Origin: an uncultured Desulfosarcina sp.
GTDB lineage: Bacteria > Desulfobacterota > Desulfobacteria > Desulfobacterales > Desulfosarcinaceae
DNA length: 64,000 nt
Assembly (NCBI GenBank): GCA_963674945.2
Contig: CAXXWQ010000004.1
Coordinates: 1,728,001-1,792,000, forward strand
Direction: 5' to 3'
A program made the position numbers and the translations under genes. The first letter of the stretch is position 1; every line of letters begins with the position of its first letter. Shown here in pieces: positions 39,942 to 49,468 of this stretch. Below the pieces are notes generated by a model. It did no database searches. It was not told the origin of the DNA and saw only the letters and a list, made by a program, of their open reading frames with translations.

Positions 39942-41108
39942 TTATCGGTTGCCTTTGGCGCGATTGTGGGTGACACATAGCATTTGGCAGTTTTTAGCTG
40001 AGCTTTCACCGCCCTTGCTCCACGCAGAAACATGGTCTGCGTCCATTTCGGCGAATTTCCATATTTTGCTTTTGTTGGCAGCATGGCCATCTGCGCAGAG
40101 CGGACAATTCGATGTGCTTTTGGCTTCGGCAGCTTTAGTCTGTTTAGCGTAGACGGACCTCTTGGTTGCTTCGTCGAAAACCCGTACATTCAGAAGCTTC
40201 GAATCTTGAAGGCCGCCGAGAATGTATTCGAAGACGCCGCGACGATTTTTGACGTACGGGTCGCTATAAAGCCGCTGGACTTCGGCAGAAACTTTGGCCG
40301 GATCGTATGACATTGAGTGGTATTGTTCGTAGAGCCGTCCCCACTCCAACCCCTTCATCTCCTTCTCAACATCTCTAAACAAGCTTGACACCCAGTCGAT
40401 TACGCTATTGAAGTAGGCTTTTAGCTCATTGATGTTGCCCTCAGTGCGATGGCTGCTCATATAGCCGCCAATATCGCCTTTGCTCACCCAGTCCAACGCA
40501 CACCCCAGGAAGTCCTGCCGGTTTGCGCTGCCCTTGATGTACGCACTCCATTTCTGGATGTTCGCGTTCTGGCTGTTGCTGAATTCGGCCTTGGCAAGCG
40601 TTACGAACGGCCCGGAGTAGATGGCGTTTAAGAGCTCTTGTGGGTTGAGAGGCACACCCGCGATGTTGATGGTCTCAAACCATTGCTTAATCTCGGTCTC
40701 CGTGCCTTCACACTCATAAATCAGCAATTTCGATTCCCGAATTTTAGCCTTCTGGTCGGCGGGCAAGCTGTCGAAATTCTTCGGATTGCCGTTATCAATG
40801 ATCGCGAACTTGTTCGTAACGAACCGTCCGATACTGGTGATGCGCTGCTGACCGTCCAGCACCTCGAACTCGTCCTCCGCGACTTTGTTGAAGTAGATCA
40901 GTCCGAGCGGATACCCCTTGAGCAACGAGTGGATCACTGCCGCCTCCTTCATGCCACCGCCATCCGCATAGATGTAGTTCCGCTGGTACTCTGGCTGAAT
41001 GGTGAGCTTCCCGCCCAACCCGTACAGCCCTTTTCCCTCCAGTTGATTGTACACAAACCCGTCGCAGATGTCGGCCACGGTGATGGCGGTTCTCAGTGTA
41101 GTATTCAA
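39942..41108 (-). CDS. DUF262 (GmrS/ParB-like) + HNH endonuclease
   Basis: PEYQR, LDGQQR, FETIN; C-terminal CPLC...DADHVSAWSKGG...NCQMLCVTHNRAKG. Confidence 0.9.
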   Translation of the reverse strand: MNTTLRTAITVADICDGFVYNQLEGKGLYGLGGKLTIQPEYQRNYIYADGGGMKEAAVIHSLLKGYPLGLIYFNKVAEDEFEVLDGQQRITSIGRFVTNKFAIIDNGNPKNFDSLPADQKAKIRESKLLIYECEGTETEIKQWFETINIAGVPLNPQELLNAIYSGPFVTLAKAEFSNSQNANIQKWSAYIKGSANRQDFLGCALDWVSKGDIGGYMSSHRTEGNINELKAYFNSVIDWVSSLFRDVEKEMKGLEWGRLYEQYHSMSYDPAKVSAEVQRLYSDPYVKNRRGVFEYILGGLQDSKLLNVRVFDEATKRSVYAKQTKAAEAKSTSNCPLCADGHAANKSKIWKFAEMDADHVSAWSKGGESSAKNCQMLCVTHNRAKGNR

Positions 41109-42328
41109 TTTTTCCTCCCTTTTGCAGGCCAGTCACGGCGGCGGTGGCGAATCAGAATGCGTTTGAAAACGACGCGCGGCTGAGGTTCTACCAGGCCGAG
41201 CATCCGCATACCCGGGCTGTAGTGTCCAGTACCTCCATGAGCACGATATGCGCTGATGAACTTCCGACCGAGGGCGCGGACTCCGATCTCGCGCATCATG
41301 GTTCCGTCGTCGCTGTTTCCTACGATCTCGAACTGGTCGGGATTGTACTTGTCGAGGAAAGAGACAGGGACGCCCATGAGGCCGTCATGGTCACTAGGAA
41401 TCGCGTCGCTGAAAGGTACTTCTATGGCGTCGAAGTTGTAATATCTGTCGTAATCCGCCTTGCCATTTAGCTGCTTGTGCTTGCTGAACCGCAGGTTGTC
41501 CGCCATGGTCATGCATTCCAGCGGCTCGTGGCGGCGTCCATGATCCAGGTTTGTATACCAGCGGACGCCCTTGACGCGGATATATTTGACCCCATTATCA
41601 TCGACGCGCCAACCGGCCGCTTTAAGCGGGTAATGGTCAGGAACGCGGAACTCGCGGTCACCGCTGCTGATCGTGGGGCCAAGCCACAACTTGTTGTCCT
41701 TGATCAGCGGGAAGATCTCTAGGTAAGTGACCGCCTGCACGTTGCCGATGATGAGGAACTTTTTCCCATGCTCTACAAGCTGAGCAACGTACTCTTTGAA
41801 AAGGGAGAAGGGCGGGTTGGTGACCACAATGTCAGCCTGCTTGAGCAACTCGATGCATTCAGCGCTGCGAAAGTCGCCGCCTTGCTCGAGGGGTGTGCGG
41901 GAGTGTGGGTTCTGATTCAGAAAGAGCTCGACGTCTTCGATGCCTGTCGCTCCGTCTTCGTTGAGATCCGTCACTTCCTCGATCTCGACGCAGATCGCCT
42001 TGGGCTTTTGGCGCTTGCCATTGCCCTTGAAATAATCATCGAACGTGAGTTGCGCGCCGGCGATGGGGGAGCCATCGTAGCTGGTGGTGATGAGTTTCTT
42101 GAGGCCGAGCCTGTTAAAGTTGGCGGCAAAATATTTAAAGAAGTTGCTTTCGAAGGGGTCGTCGCAGTTACAGTAGACAACCTTGTTGCGGAAGGTGTCC
42201 TCGTCGAACTCCAAATAGGCTTCGACCTCTTTCTGGATGTCAACGTATTGGGTGTAAAACTCGTCTTTTTTTGCCGCCTTCGCCGCGCCAAGCCCTTGAT
42301 TCATCGGCCTGCTTTTCGCCTTCGCCAT
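41105..42328 (-). CDS. EcoRI-family adenine-specific DNA methyltransferase
   Basis: KDEFYT, VYCNCDDP, GDFRSAEC, VVTNPPFSLF, MGVPVSFLDKYNPDQF; RBS GGAGGA. Confidence 0.9.
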   Translation of the reverse strand: MAKAKSRPMNQGLGAAKAAKKDEFYTQYVDIQKEVEAYLEFDEDTFRNKVVYCNCDDPFESNFFKYFAANFNRLGLKKLITTSYDGSPIAGAQLTFDDYFKGNGKRQKPKAICVEIEEVTDLNEDGATGIEDVELFLNQNPHSRTPLEQGGDFRSAECIELLKQADIVVTNPPFSLFKEYVAQLVEHGKKFLIIGNVQAVTYLEIFPLIKDNKLWLGPTISSGDREFRVPDHYPLKAAGWRVDDNGVKYIRVKGVRWYTNLDHGRRHEPLECMTMADNLRFSKHKQLNGKADYDRYYNFDAIEVPFSDAIPSDHDGLMGVPVSFLDKYNPDQFEIVGNSDDGTMMREIGVRALGRKFISAYRAHGGTGHYSPGMRMLGLVEPQPRVVFKRILIRHRRRDWPAKGRKN

Positions 42329-42657
42329 AGCCTTAGCTTCCTCCACCAAGATTCGCCGAACATCAGATATTACATTGAATTCAACTTTACGTTCGAATAA
42401 GGAGGTCGATTCTTATAAAAGTTTTATAAACCACCATTTTGGCCAAATCCTAAAAAATTAGGTGTCATTATAACGTAAATCACAGAAATTGCATATTTTT
42501 TTATTCTTTAGAAATACACTATGCAACCGCTTGAGAATGTATATTGGTCTGTTTTTACAGCGCTTTTGGTTTGATATTAGGAAAGGTTTCCGGTGCTGAG
42601 ATACATTGAAATAACCACACGAATCGCCAAACCAGTGATAGGATCAATGCATCTGCA

Positions 42658-43413
42658 TCAATTCGATATTATCAATTCTTTGCCCGTCTTCTGTTTGCCT
42701 ACCGAAACCGAATATTTCAGAGAGACTGGTTGTATCTCGAATGCCTTGAACACATCCCGGATATCTGGATGGTCATTAAGGCTCAAAATAAACCGTCCTT
42801 TGATCCCGGCTAAAACATCGGCCATCTTTTCAAAATCCGGTAGCGCCAGGTTATGGGCATAGAATGGACACTTATAATAAGGTGGATCGCAATAAAACAA
42901 GGTTTCAGGGCGGTCGTACCTATTTATAAAGGTGTCCCATGATAGATGCTCTACTGTCACGCCAGCCAATCGCAGATGAACCATTGAAAGCTCCTCCTCC
43001 ATACGGAGGAGGTTGATTCTCGGTGGATGCATTGGCCCGGCGCCATAAGTCCTGCCTTTAACCCTTCCGCCAAAGCAAAGTCGTTGCAGATAATAATACC
43101 TTGCCGCTCTCTGGATGTCGGTAAGCCCTCCAGCTTCCTGCTGGCGCTTCCAATCCTCGAACCATTCTCTTGATGAAAGCAACCATCTAAATTGCCGTAA
43201 AAATTCCTCTAAATGATTTTGCAGCACACGATAAAAGGCGATCAAATCGCTATCCAGATCGTTGATCACCTCGTATTTCGAAGGATCTTTCCTAAAAAAC
43301 ACCCAAGCAGCGCCAGCGAATACCTCACAATAGGATTTATGCTTAGGCATCATTTCAATGATGGTATTTGAGAGTTTCGATTTTCCGCCGATATAAGCCA
43401 ATGGACTGTTCAC
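42658..43413 (-). CDS. dam: Dam/D12-class DNA adenine methyltransferase
   Basis: YIGGKS, YCEVFAGAA, EVINDLD, FYCDPPY, ELIISN; GGAGG RBS before GTG 43413. Confidence 0.9.
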   Translation of the reverse strand: MNSPLAYIGGKSKLSNTIIEMMPKHKSYCEVFAGAAWVFFRKDPSKYEVINDLDSDLIAFYRVLQNHLEEFLRQFRWLLSSREWFEDWKRQQEAGGLTDIQRAARYYYLQRLCFGGRVKGRTYGAGPMHPPRINLLRMEEELSMVHLRLAGVTVEHLSWDTFINRYDRPETLFYCDPPYYKCPFYAHNLALPDFEKMADVLAGIKGRFILSLNDHPDIRDVFKAFEIQPVSLKYSVSVGKQKTGKELIISN

Positions 43414-43443
43414 GGTAACCTCCAAGCACAATTTTTTGGCCAC

Positions 43444-43527
43444 CTGGGCCGTCTGATATCAGATGTCTGGTTGTTCTCGTGCAGCCATTCGCCCTGGGGA
43501 TGTTGGCTCATCCATCAGGGCGGCCCT
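43444..43527 (-). promoter_or_regulatory. Candidate structured RNA leader of dam
   Basis: GGGCCG...CGGCCC outer stem enclosing GCCCTGATGGATG/CATCCCCAGGGC and TCTGATATCAGA hairpins. Confidence 0.5.
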
Positions 43528-43537
43528 AAACTTATTT

Positions 43538-43978
43538 TTATAAATTGATAAACGTTCTCACGAAGCAGCCACCTCCGCCAGTTACCGACTCAGGATCTTT
43601 ATTACTATCTTCTGGGACGGTATCGTCGTCATTGACAACGGAAGGCCAATCTTCATTTTCATCCGACTCTTCATCATCCTCGACAATATTGCTGCAGCAA
43701 ACCTCGTCAGAATCCGGACTCTCTTTTTTCCCGTCGAACGCCCGGACGACATAACAATCGGTTGCGCCGATCGGAGGCGCATCGATGACCGCCGGAGATC
43801 CAGGCCCCTCCCATGCCGAAACCGAATAGTCATAACTTTCCCCAGCGGGTCGCTGGTAAACCCGATACCCTTCCGGCACCGGATCGTTCGGCTCCCAGGA
43901 AACTTGAACCGACTCAAAGGCAAACGCCGCCCAAACAGCAAAAATTATGAATGCAATTTGCGGCAAGGCCCGGATCAT
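43538..43978 (-). CDS. Secreted fibronectin-III-like protein with an acidic linker and GGGGCF (CFI-box-like) C-terminus
   Basis: Signal peptide ending AFA; VSWEPN...GYRVY...YVVRAFD...ESPDSDEV; ends GGGGCFVRTFINL. Confidence 0.7.
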   Translation of the reverse strand: MIRALPQIAFIIFAVWAAFAFESVQVSWEPNDPVPEGYRVYQRPAGESYDYSVSAWEGPGSPAVIDAPPIGATDCYVVRAFDGKKESPDSDEVCCSNIVEDDEESDENEDWPSVVNDDDTVPEDSNKDPESVTGGGGCFVRTFINL

Positions 43979-44045
43979 ACTCGCCCCTCATGAAATTAAT
44001 AGTGGCGCTTCTTTGCCAGTGTCTTCAAATGAACCATATTCCAAT

Positions 44046-44456
44046 TTACGATAGCGTAAACAAAGCAGCCGCAAACTCAACTGAGAGAGATTCTCCATCC
44101 TGCAACGTTACTTCCGACCCTCTATCCCAATAGCAAATCAGGCCATCTGTAGCGTGATCGTCGTTGTAGAGAACAACATATCGGAAAGGACCAACAGTCC
44201 CACCGCTGGCTTCAATTAACACATCAACCGCCGTAACAGTTGCAACCCCTGATGATTCGCTCATCGCATTTTGGATATCGACCGGGCCGGAGTATCCATT
44301 TTCATTCGTGATCTCTGCAAGGTCTGCCTTGTCTGCATCCGCAGCAACATCAGGAGTGGTATTCGAAAGATAAAGTTTAAAAGTATCCGCATTGCAATCG
44401 TGCTCTCCAAGAGCAAGCGCCTCTACAAAGTCTTGGAATTTAACGTAAGTTGCCAT
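44046..44456 (-). CDS. Phage tail-associated hypothetical protein
   Basis: DTFKLYLS, EITNENGY, GPFRYVVLYND, LICYWD pattern typical of proteins beside tail-fibre genes; RBS AAGGAG. Confidence 0.7.
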   Translation of the reverse strand: MATYVKFQDFVEALALGEHDCNADTFKLYLSNTTPDVAADADKADLAEITNENGYSGPVDIQNAMSESSGVATVTAVDVLIEASGGTVGPFRYVVLYNDDHATDGLICYWDRGSEVTLQDGESLSVEFAAALFTLS

Positions 44457-44491
44457 GATTTCTCCTTATGTTTTATGCAACAAGACAGCGC

Positions 44492-44707
44492 CTATTTTAC
44501 GATGGCCAGGTTCTTTTCCAGTTTGTATTCAAACCCGCAATGAGGACACGTATAATTGGTCGTGTTATCATCTTCGGACGCGATGACAATCTCAGGCCTC
44601 GTCAGGCCTCTCTTTCCATTTTTATAGCTTTCGCATGAGTGCCACAAACGCACCACCTTGCTTCCTTTTTCCCTGTAGTAAAAGACATCTTTTGCCAATA
44701 TTTTCAT
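44492..44707 (-). CDS. Small zinc-ribbon-like phage protein
   Basis: HSC...CPHCG; RBS AGGGGG. Confidence 0.6.
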   Translation of the reverse strand: MKILAKDVFYYREKGSKVVRLWHSCESYKNGKRGLTRPEIVIASEDDNTTNYTCPHCGFEYKLEKNLAIVK

Positions 44708-44747
44708 TTCATTATCCCCCTTGTTTTTAGTGAATCCGATCCAATCC

Positions 44748-47700
44748 TCATCCTTGCTCGCTAACTGTCATCACTTGCGAGTCCGGCGAGATAATCAAGG
44801 ACACCAACCCGACAGTGAATGACGAATCTTTAAAATAGGCCATATCATTGGGGCGCAGGTAGAATATCGGTTTAGAGCAACGGTACTGCATCCTTCCATC
44901 TGCAAGCATGGTCTCTGTCTGAACACTCGTCAGTTCTATTTTATTCAAGCCTGCCCATATTCTTGTAGACCCGTCCAGGTCCGGCGTAACAGAAGAGCTG
45001 TAACCCGTAATGGTAATGCTGCCATTACTACCCCCCTTGTCCGTCCTGACGCTGTCAATGCTGACCCGCATCAATTCATCACGCAACACCTCCTCGCTTC
45101 CCACCATCGCAACCATATCGACAAACAATAATCCCGTGGATGACCTCAATGTGATCTCGGGCAATGCATCTTCGTCATAATTCACAACAACGGACAAATA
45201 AGGTTTGGAACCAGCGTTCCATCTGATCTGAAATGACTTTAATTCCTGGATGTAATAAGTCCCGAATGTCATGTGATACAGGTAGGCGCGATATCTATAA
45301 ATCGCATTTCTCGTGGTATTGCCGACTCTTTTGGAGAAATCGAGATAAGGAGATGCATCATACCCGGTGATGGCATAGGATTCAGAATCGCCCGGAACAG
45401 CATAGGATCGAATTAAATCGGCGTCGACGCCGGCTACGCTGTAAGAGCTTGGATCTGTTTCTATTTGATAAGTTCCGGAATAACCAAGGTCAGCGGCAAA
45501 ACCTGTGACAGATTGCAGGCCCGCCTCCATCAAGTAGGTGTAACACACTCCGAAACGAAATGTTTTTATTATACCTTCATCATCAGGCCCGGAATAAGCG
45601 ACAATGAAATGCTCGTCGTCTACATTAATAAGAGAATTATACGCATAGAAGATATAAGTATCCTCATGGTGAACCGAATTGATGAGCTCATAGGCGTTAT
45701 AGCCGCCATCAACCACAAAGATTTTTACCGCAGCCTCGCTATTAAGCGTCGCACAGGCAAATACAAACTTATTTCCATCCACCCCTGTAATTGACAGCGG
45801 CACCATGGTCGAAGGATACATTGGCGTTTCGTAATCCGCATACATGAAATCCGCCACTTCACCCACGAAGTCGTAGTTCTCGTCTATGGTGATTACTTTT
45901 GCGTATCCATTGCCATTATTGCCTGTATAACTCAGGAGGAAATGGGTGCCATCGATCATGCCTAACGAGTTATGCGTACCATTGACCTCGTTATGTTCAT
46001 AGTAGCTTTCCTGGGCAACGTTATAGCCGCCGTCAATAGAGAAAGTCTTGACAAACCCATCATTCTGGTCGCCGGCATAGGCAAGCATAAAATGCGTGCC
46101 GTCTATCATGATGAAAGACGGATAACGCGATTGGGAGGTATTATGTTCTAAATCGTCGATCTCTGTGATGTTATAACTGCCGTCGATGGAAAATGTCTTG
46201 ATGTGTCCGCCACTGCCGTTGTCATAAGCGAGAATAAAATGGGTGCTGTCGATAGCGAGTAGATGATTCCAATACATATACGTATCATGGGCAAGGGCAT
46301 CTATCTCTGTAATGTTGTCATAGCCTGCGTCGATTGAGAGAGTTTGTATTCCTCCGGATGACGCAAGAATAAAATGAGTGCTGTCGATTTTTAGAATGGA
46401 GTTCCACTGGTATACATTCGCCAGGCTATCGATCTCTGTGATGGCATCATAACTCGTATCAACGGCGAAGGTCTTCACATTCCCTTTGTATGCGAGAATA
46501 AAATGGGTGCTGTCTATCATCGCCATCGAATTGTATTGATACGTAACTACATTCGAATCGTGTTCATGGCTGTCAATCTCGAAGACTTTGTATTTGGGAA
46601 TATACCTTGGCTGCGCATGCCAGATATGATCTCCCTTTATTTCATAATACCAGCCGTTTGCATAAAATGTTTCGGTTGTACGCAGCACTGCATTGCCGCC
46701 CAAAACAGTATAAGTTCCGGCAGAAGCGTCCTCTAACCAGGAGCTTTCCATTTCGCCGCCGGTATAATAATACTCTCCAGCGGCACACGGTATCGAAATA
46801 ATCAGGATTTGGTTATAGGTAACCAGGGCTTCTTCGCCGGTGTAATCGTACCCTCCAGCCTCGGCGGAAGTGAGGCGATTGACAATTATATCGATGTCTT
46901 CTCCTGCCATCGAGTATGAACAGGATTCGGCAAATTCGTTATATATGCCGGAGAAGACTAAAAAGGTTTTAACCACATTGTAATTGCTCGCGTTGGTGTA
47001 AACCAAAGCAAAGTGAGTGTCATCAAGCATGCAGATTTGACTGTAGTCGGCATCGCCGGCGGTATCGTGTACGAGATCCGATACCTCGGTAATTTCGTAA
47101 CTTCCATCGATCTCGAAAACTTTGCATATTCCTTTGCCATCGGTATAATTGCTGTAGTGCAGGATAAAATGGGTATTGTCCATTTTAACAAGGGAGCAAT
47201 ACCTGCAAAAAGTGGTCTCATGCACCAGATCATCGATCTGGGTGATTACATAGCTGCCGTCAACGGAGAATGTCTTTATGTGACCCTGGTTGTTGTAGTC
47301 GGCGTAGGCGAGAATAAAGTGCGTGCTATCAATTGCCACCACGGAGCTATAGCCATACCTGGTATTGGTGTCATGAGTAAGGTCATCAAGCTCCGTTACG
47401 TTATAGCTGCCATCGATGGAAAATGTTTTTACGATTCCATAATATGCCGAATAGGAAGCGTACGCCACGACGGCATGGGTGCTGTCGAGCATGCAGACCG
47501 AATTATATCGGATGCTTCCATTGGTATTGTCATGGATAAGGGGAGTGTATTCGACAGGAGTAAGAGCGCTGACGCGAAAACATTCCACAACCCCGTATAA
47601 ACTGTAATCGGTCCATGCCCCAAAGATATGGGTGTCATCGATCCAGCAAATATCCCCATAGTCGCAAGAGTTGTTATCATAAGCCAAACTACTCTTTTGA

Positions 47701-48038
47701 CTTAAAACATATGTCCCGGCAGTCCACGTGTAATGGGTGATCGTTCCGGCCCCATTGCTTCCTGCATAACGTATGACAACGGAGTTGTAGCCACCCGCTC
47801 GAGGAGAAATGCAGCGCATGTAATCGCCATAGGCGGAGTCCGTTTCCTCATCGTCCATGAAGGTGATGTTGCCGAAGGAGGCGTCCACCTCAAACGTCTT
47901 TGCCCACACATCATTATCGGATACGGCATACACGACAAAGAAATGGTACGCGTCATCCATTTTACAGATGGAGCCATGATCCGCAGTTGCCGTGGTGTCA
48001 TGAACCAAACTATCTATTTGCGTGATGTCATACGCCAT
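44748..48038 (-). CDS. Large tail-tip / receptor-binding protein with two repeat blocks (probable beta-propellers)
   Basis: ~50-aa repeats IDSTHFILAY...GHIKTFSIDGSYNITEIDDLEH; lies downstream of the tape measure gene. Confidence 0.75.
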   Translation of the reverse strand: MAYDITQIDSLVHDTTATADHGSICKMDDAYHFFVVYAVSDNDVWAKTFEVDASFGNITFMDDEETDSAYGDYMRCISPRAGGYNSVVIRYAGSNGAGTITHYTWTAGTYVLSQKSSLAYDNNSCDYGDICWIDDTHIFGAWTDYSLYGVVECFRVSALTPVEYTPLIHDNTNGSIRYNSVCMLDSTHAVVAYASYSAYYGIVKTFSIDGSYNVTELDDLTHDTNTRYGYSSVVAIDSTHFILAYADYNNQGHIKTFSVDGSYVITQIDDLVHETTFCRYCSLVKMDNTHFILHYSNYTDGKGICKVFEIDGSYEITEVSDLVHDTAGDADYSQICMLDDTHFALVYTNASNYNVVKTFLVFSGIYNEFAESCSYSMAGEDIDIIVNRLTSAEAGGYDYTGEEALVTYNQILIISIPCAAGEYYYTGGEMESSWLEDASAGTYTVLGGNAVLRTTETFYANGWYYEIKGDHIWHAQPRYIPKYKVFEIDSHEHDSNVVTYQYNSMAMIDSTHFILAYKGNVKTFAVDTSYDAITEIDSLANVYQWNSILKIDSTHFILASSGGIQTLSIDAGYDNITEIDALAHDTYMYWNHLLAIDSTHFILAYDNGSGGHIKTFSIDGSYNITEIDDLEHNTSQSRYPSFIMIDGTHFMLAYAGDQNDGFVKTFSIDGGYNVAQESYYEHNEVNGTHNSLGMIDGTHFLLSYTGNNGNGYAKVITIDENYDFVGEVADFMYADYETPMYPSTMVPLSITGVDGNKFVFACATLNSEAAVKIFVVDGGYNAYELINSVHHEDTYIFYAYNSLINVDDEHFIVAYSGPDDEGIIKTFRFGVCYTYLMEAGLQSVTGFAADLGYSGTYQIETDPSSYSVAGVDADLIRSYAVPGDSESYAITGYDASPYLDFSKRVGNTTRNAIYRYRAYLYHMTFGTYYIQELKSFQIRWNAGSKPYLSVVVNYDEDALPEITLRSSTGLLFVDMVAMVGSEEVLRDELMRVSIDSVRTDKGGSNGSITITGYSSSVTPDLDGSTRIWAGLNKIELTSVQTETMLADGRMQYRCSKPIFYLRPNDMAYFKDSSFTVGLVSLIISPDSQVMTVSEQG

Positions 48039-48049
48039 CGAATTTTCCG

Positions 48050-49438
48050 TTACATTATGCCGATATGATCAATGGACATTTTTCCGCCACCCACAGGGCC
48101 GGTTGGGGTGTAACCTATGCCGAGACCGCTGTTCGTCGCCATCTGCACCGCTATGGCGCAACACTGCGCGCATATCTCCGGCAAATCAAAAAAGGTATCG
48201 ATGTTCGGTCCGATGTTTCTGGTGTAACCTCGATAAGGGTAGGTACCTTCGGGATCGTCCAGCGGTGGAGCCCAGGATGGCGGATATATCTCGGTTACTT
48301 CCTCCTCCAGGATCCAGTCGGTTTCCTGGTTCATATAGGTATTGGTGATACAACCGATAAACGGCTGGAGTGTGGTAAATGCGGTATAGAGGTAAAACTC
48401 CACGATAGTAAGGCCGTCTTCCGCCCATCCCCCGAGATACAGGCAATCGGTGCGCTCATTACTTATATATGAACCACAATAGACCAATCCCGATTCGGCT
48501 CTGAACTTGATCTTCGTGGCGTTCAGATAAAAGGGCTGCTCCGGAATCATGTATAGTTGATGCTGTTGTATATAATCGGTCGCGTCCGGATATGATATCG
48601 TAAGAACGCCATTTTTTAAGTCGAACTCGGCTTCCTCTCCCTCCCCCTCATTCCAGCTATACCAATAAATCCAGGGATGCCTGGAGGTGACAGCAGGGCC
48701 GTTCCAAGGCTCCTTCCAGCCACAAGGTTTTGGATTGTCCACAAACCCGATCACCTTCGCCGTATTTGCGACATCATACCCGACCCATGTTACAATCACC
48801 CTGTCTCCATCTTCGAAGGCCGATGCATTACAAGTCATGTAATCGATGGGGACATTATTGAGAGTAGAAGCTACGTTGATATCCAGGCTTTGAACAGAAC
48901 TGGCAAGAGGATCGAGAGTAACCGTACACGTGTCTTCGTCTTTATCCAAATTCGAAATGGTTCCATAACGATAGGTCGGCTTCCATTTTTGAATGGCGGG
49001 CATTATCGCAAAATTTCTCATCGCATCGGCGACGTCCAATGTGTAAAAAGGCGTAACCTGGCCGTCGCGATTCAAATCATGCCCGGCATTTCCATCATGC
49101 CCCGGCTGGATATTGATGCCGTTTTTTATCTCCGCCCCCGGCTCGATGGTGCCGACCGCTCCGGTTAGCCCTTCGGTAAAATCGGCGCACCAGGCCTGCG
49201 TCCGGTAATCCATATCAAGATAGGATTCGAGCCTGTCGATCTCTTTCTCAATCGTGGCTTTTCGTAAATTCAGATAAGCGATTGTCGTTTCGTCTTCTGC
49301 TTCTGCAAGCTTCTTTTCAATACGATCCAATATAGCCTGAAGCTTCAACAACTTCGCATCAGCGGCCGTATAGTCGTGATTCACCTCGACATTATACAGT
49401 CCTTCTCCGGCCTCGCTTATAATCGTTGCTTTACCCAT
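48050..49438 (-). CDS. Phage tail protein (coiled-coil N-terminus, OB-like middle, aromatic-rich C-terminus)
   Basis: WKPTYRYGTI...CTVTL...NVPIDYMTCNASAFEDGDRVIV...VIGF; position after TMP. Confidence 0.65.
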   Translation of the reverse strand: MGKATIISEAGEGLYNVEVNHDYTAADAKLLKLQAILDRIEKKLAEAEDETTIAYLNLRKATIEKEIDRLESYLDMDYRTQAWCADFTEGLTGAVGTIEPGAEIKNGINIQPGHDGNAGHDLNRDGQVTPFYTLDVADAMRNFAIMPAIQKWKPTYRYGTISNLDKDEDTCTVTLDPLASSVQSLDINVASTLNNVPIDYMTCNASAFEDGDRVIVTWVGYDVANTAKVIGFVDNPKPCGWKEPWNGPAVTSRHPWIYWYSWNEGEGEEAEFDLKNGVLTISYPDATDYIQQHQLYMIPEQPFYLNATKIKFRAESGLVYCGSYISNERTDCLYLGGWAEDGLTIVEFYLYTAFTTLQPFIGCITNTYMNQETDWILEEEVTEIYPPSWAPPLDDPEGTYPYRGYTRNIGPNIDTFFDLPEICAQCCAIAVQMATNSGLGIGYTPTGPVGGGKMSIDHIGIM

Positions 49439-49468
49439 CTACGATAACGTCCAATGCGATTTTTCGAT

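Noticed and set aside
44492..44707. Calling this gene Mu com
   Set aside because: Only one clear CxxC plus HxC, different spacing from Com, and not adjacent to the methylase
44748..49438. Diversity-generating retroelement or invertible tail-fibre segment
   Set aside because: No reverse transcriptase or invertase, no adenine-specific TR/VR pair and no inverted gene copy seen; the DNA repeats reflect protein repeats
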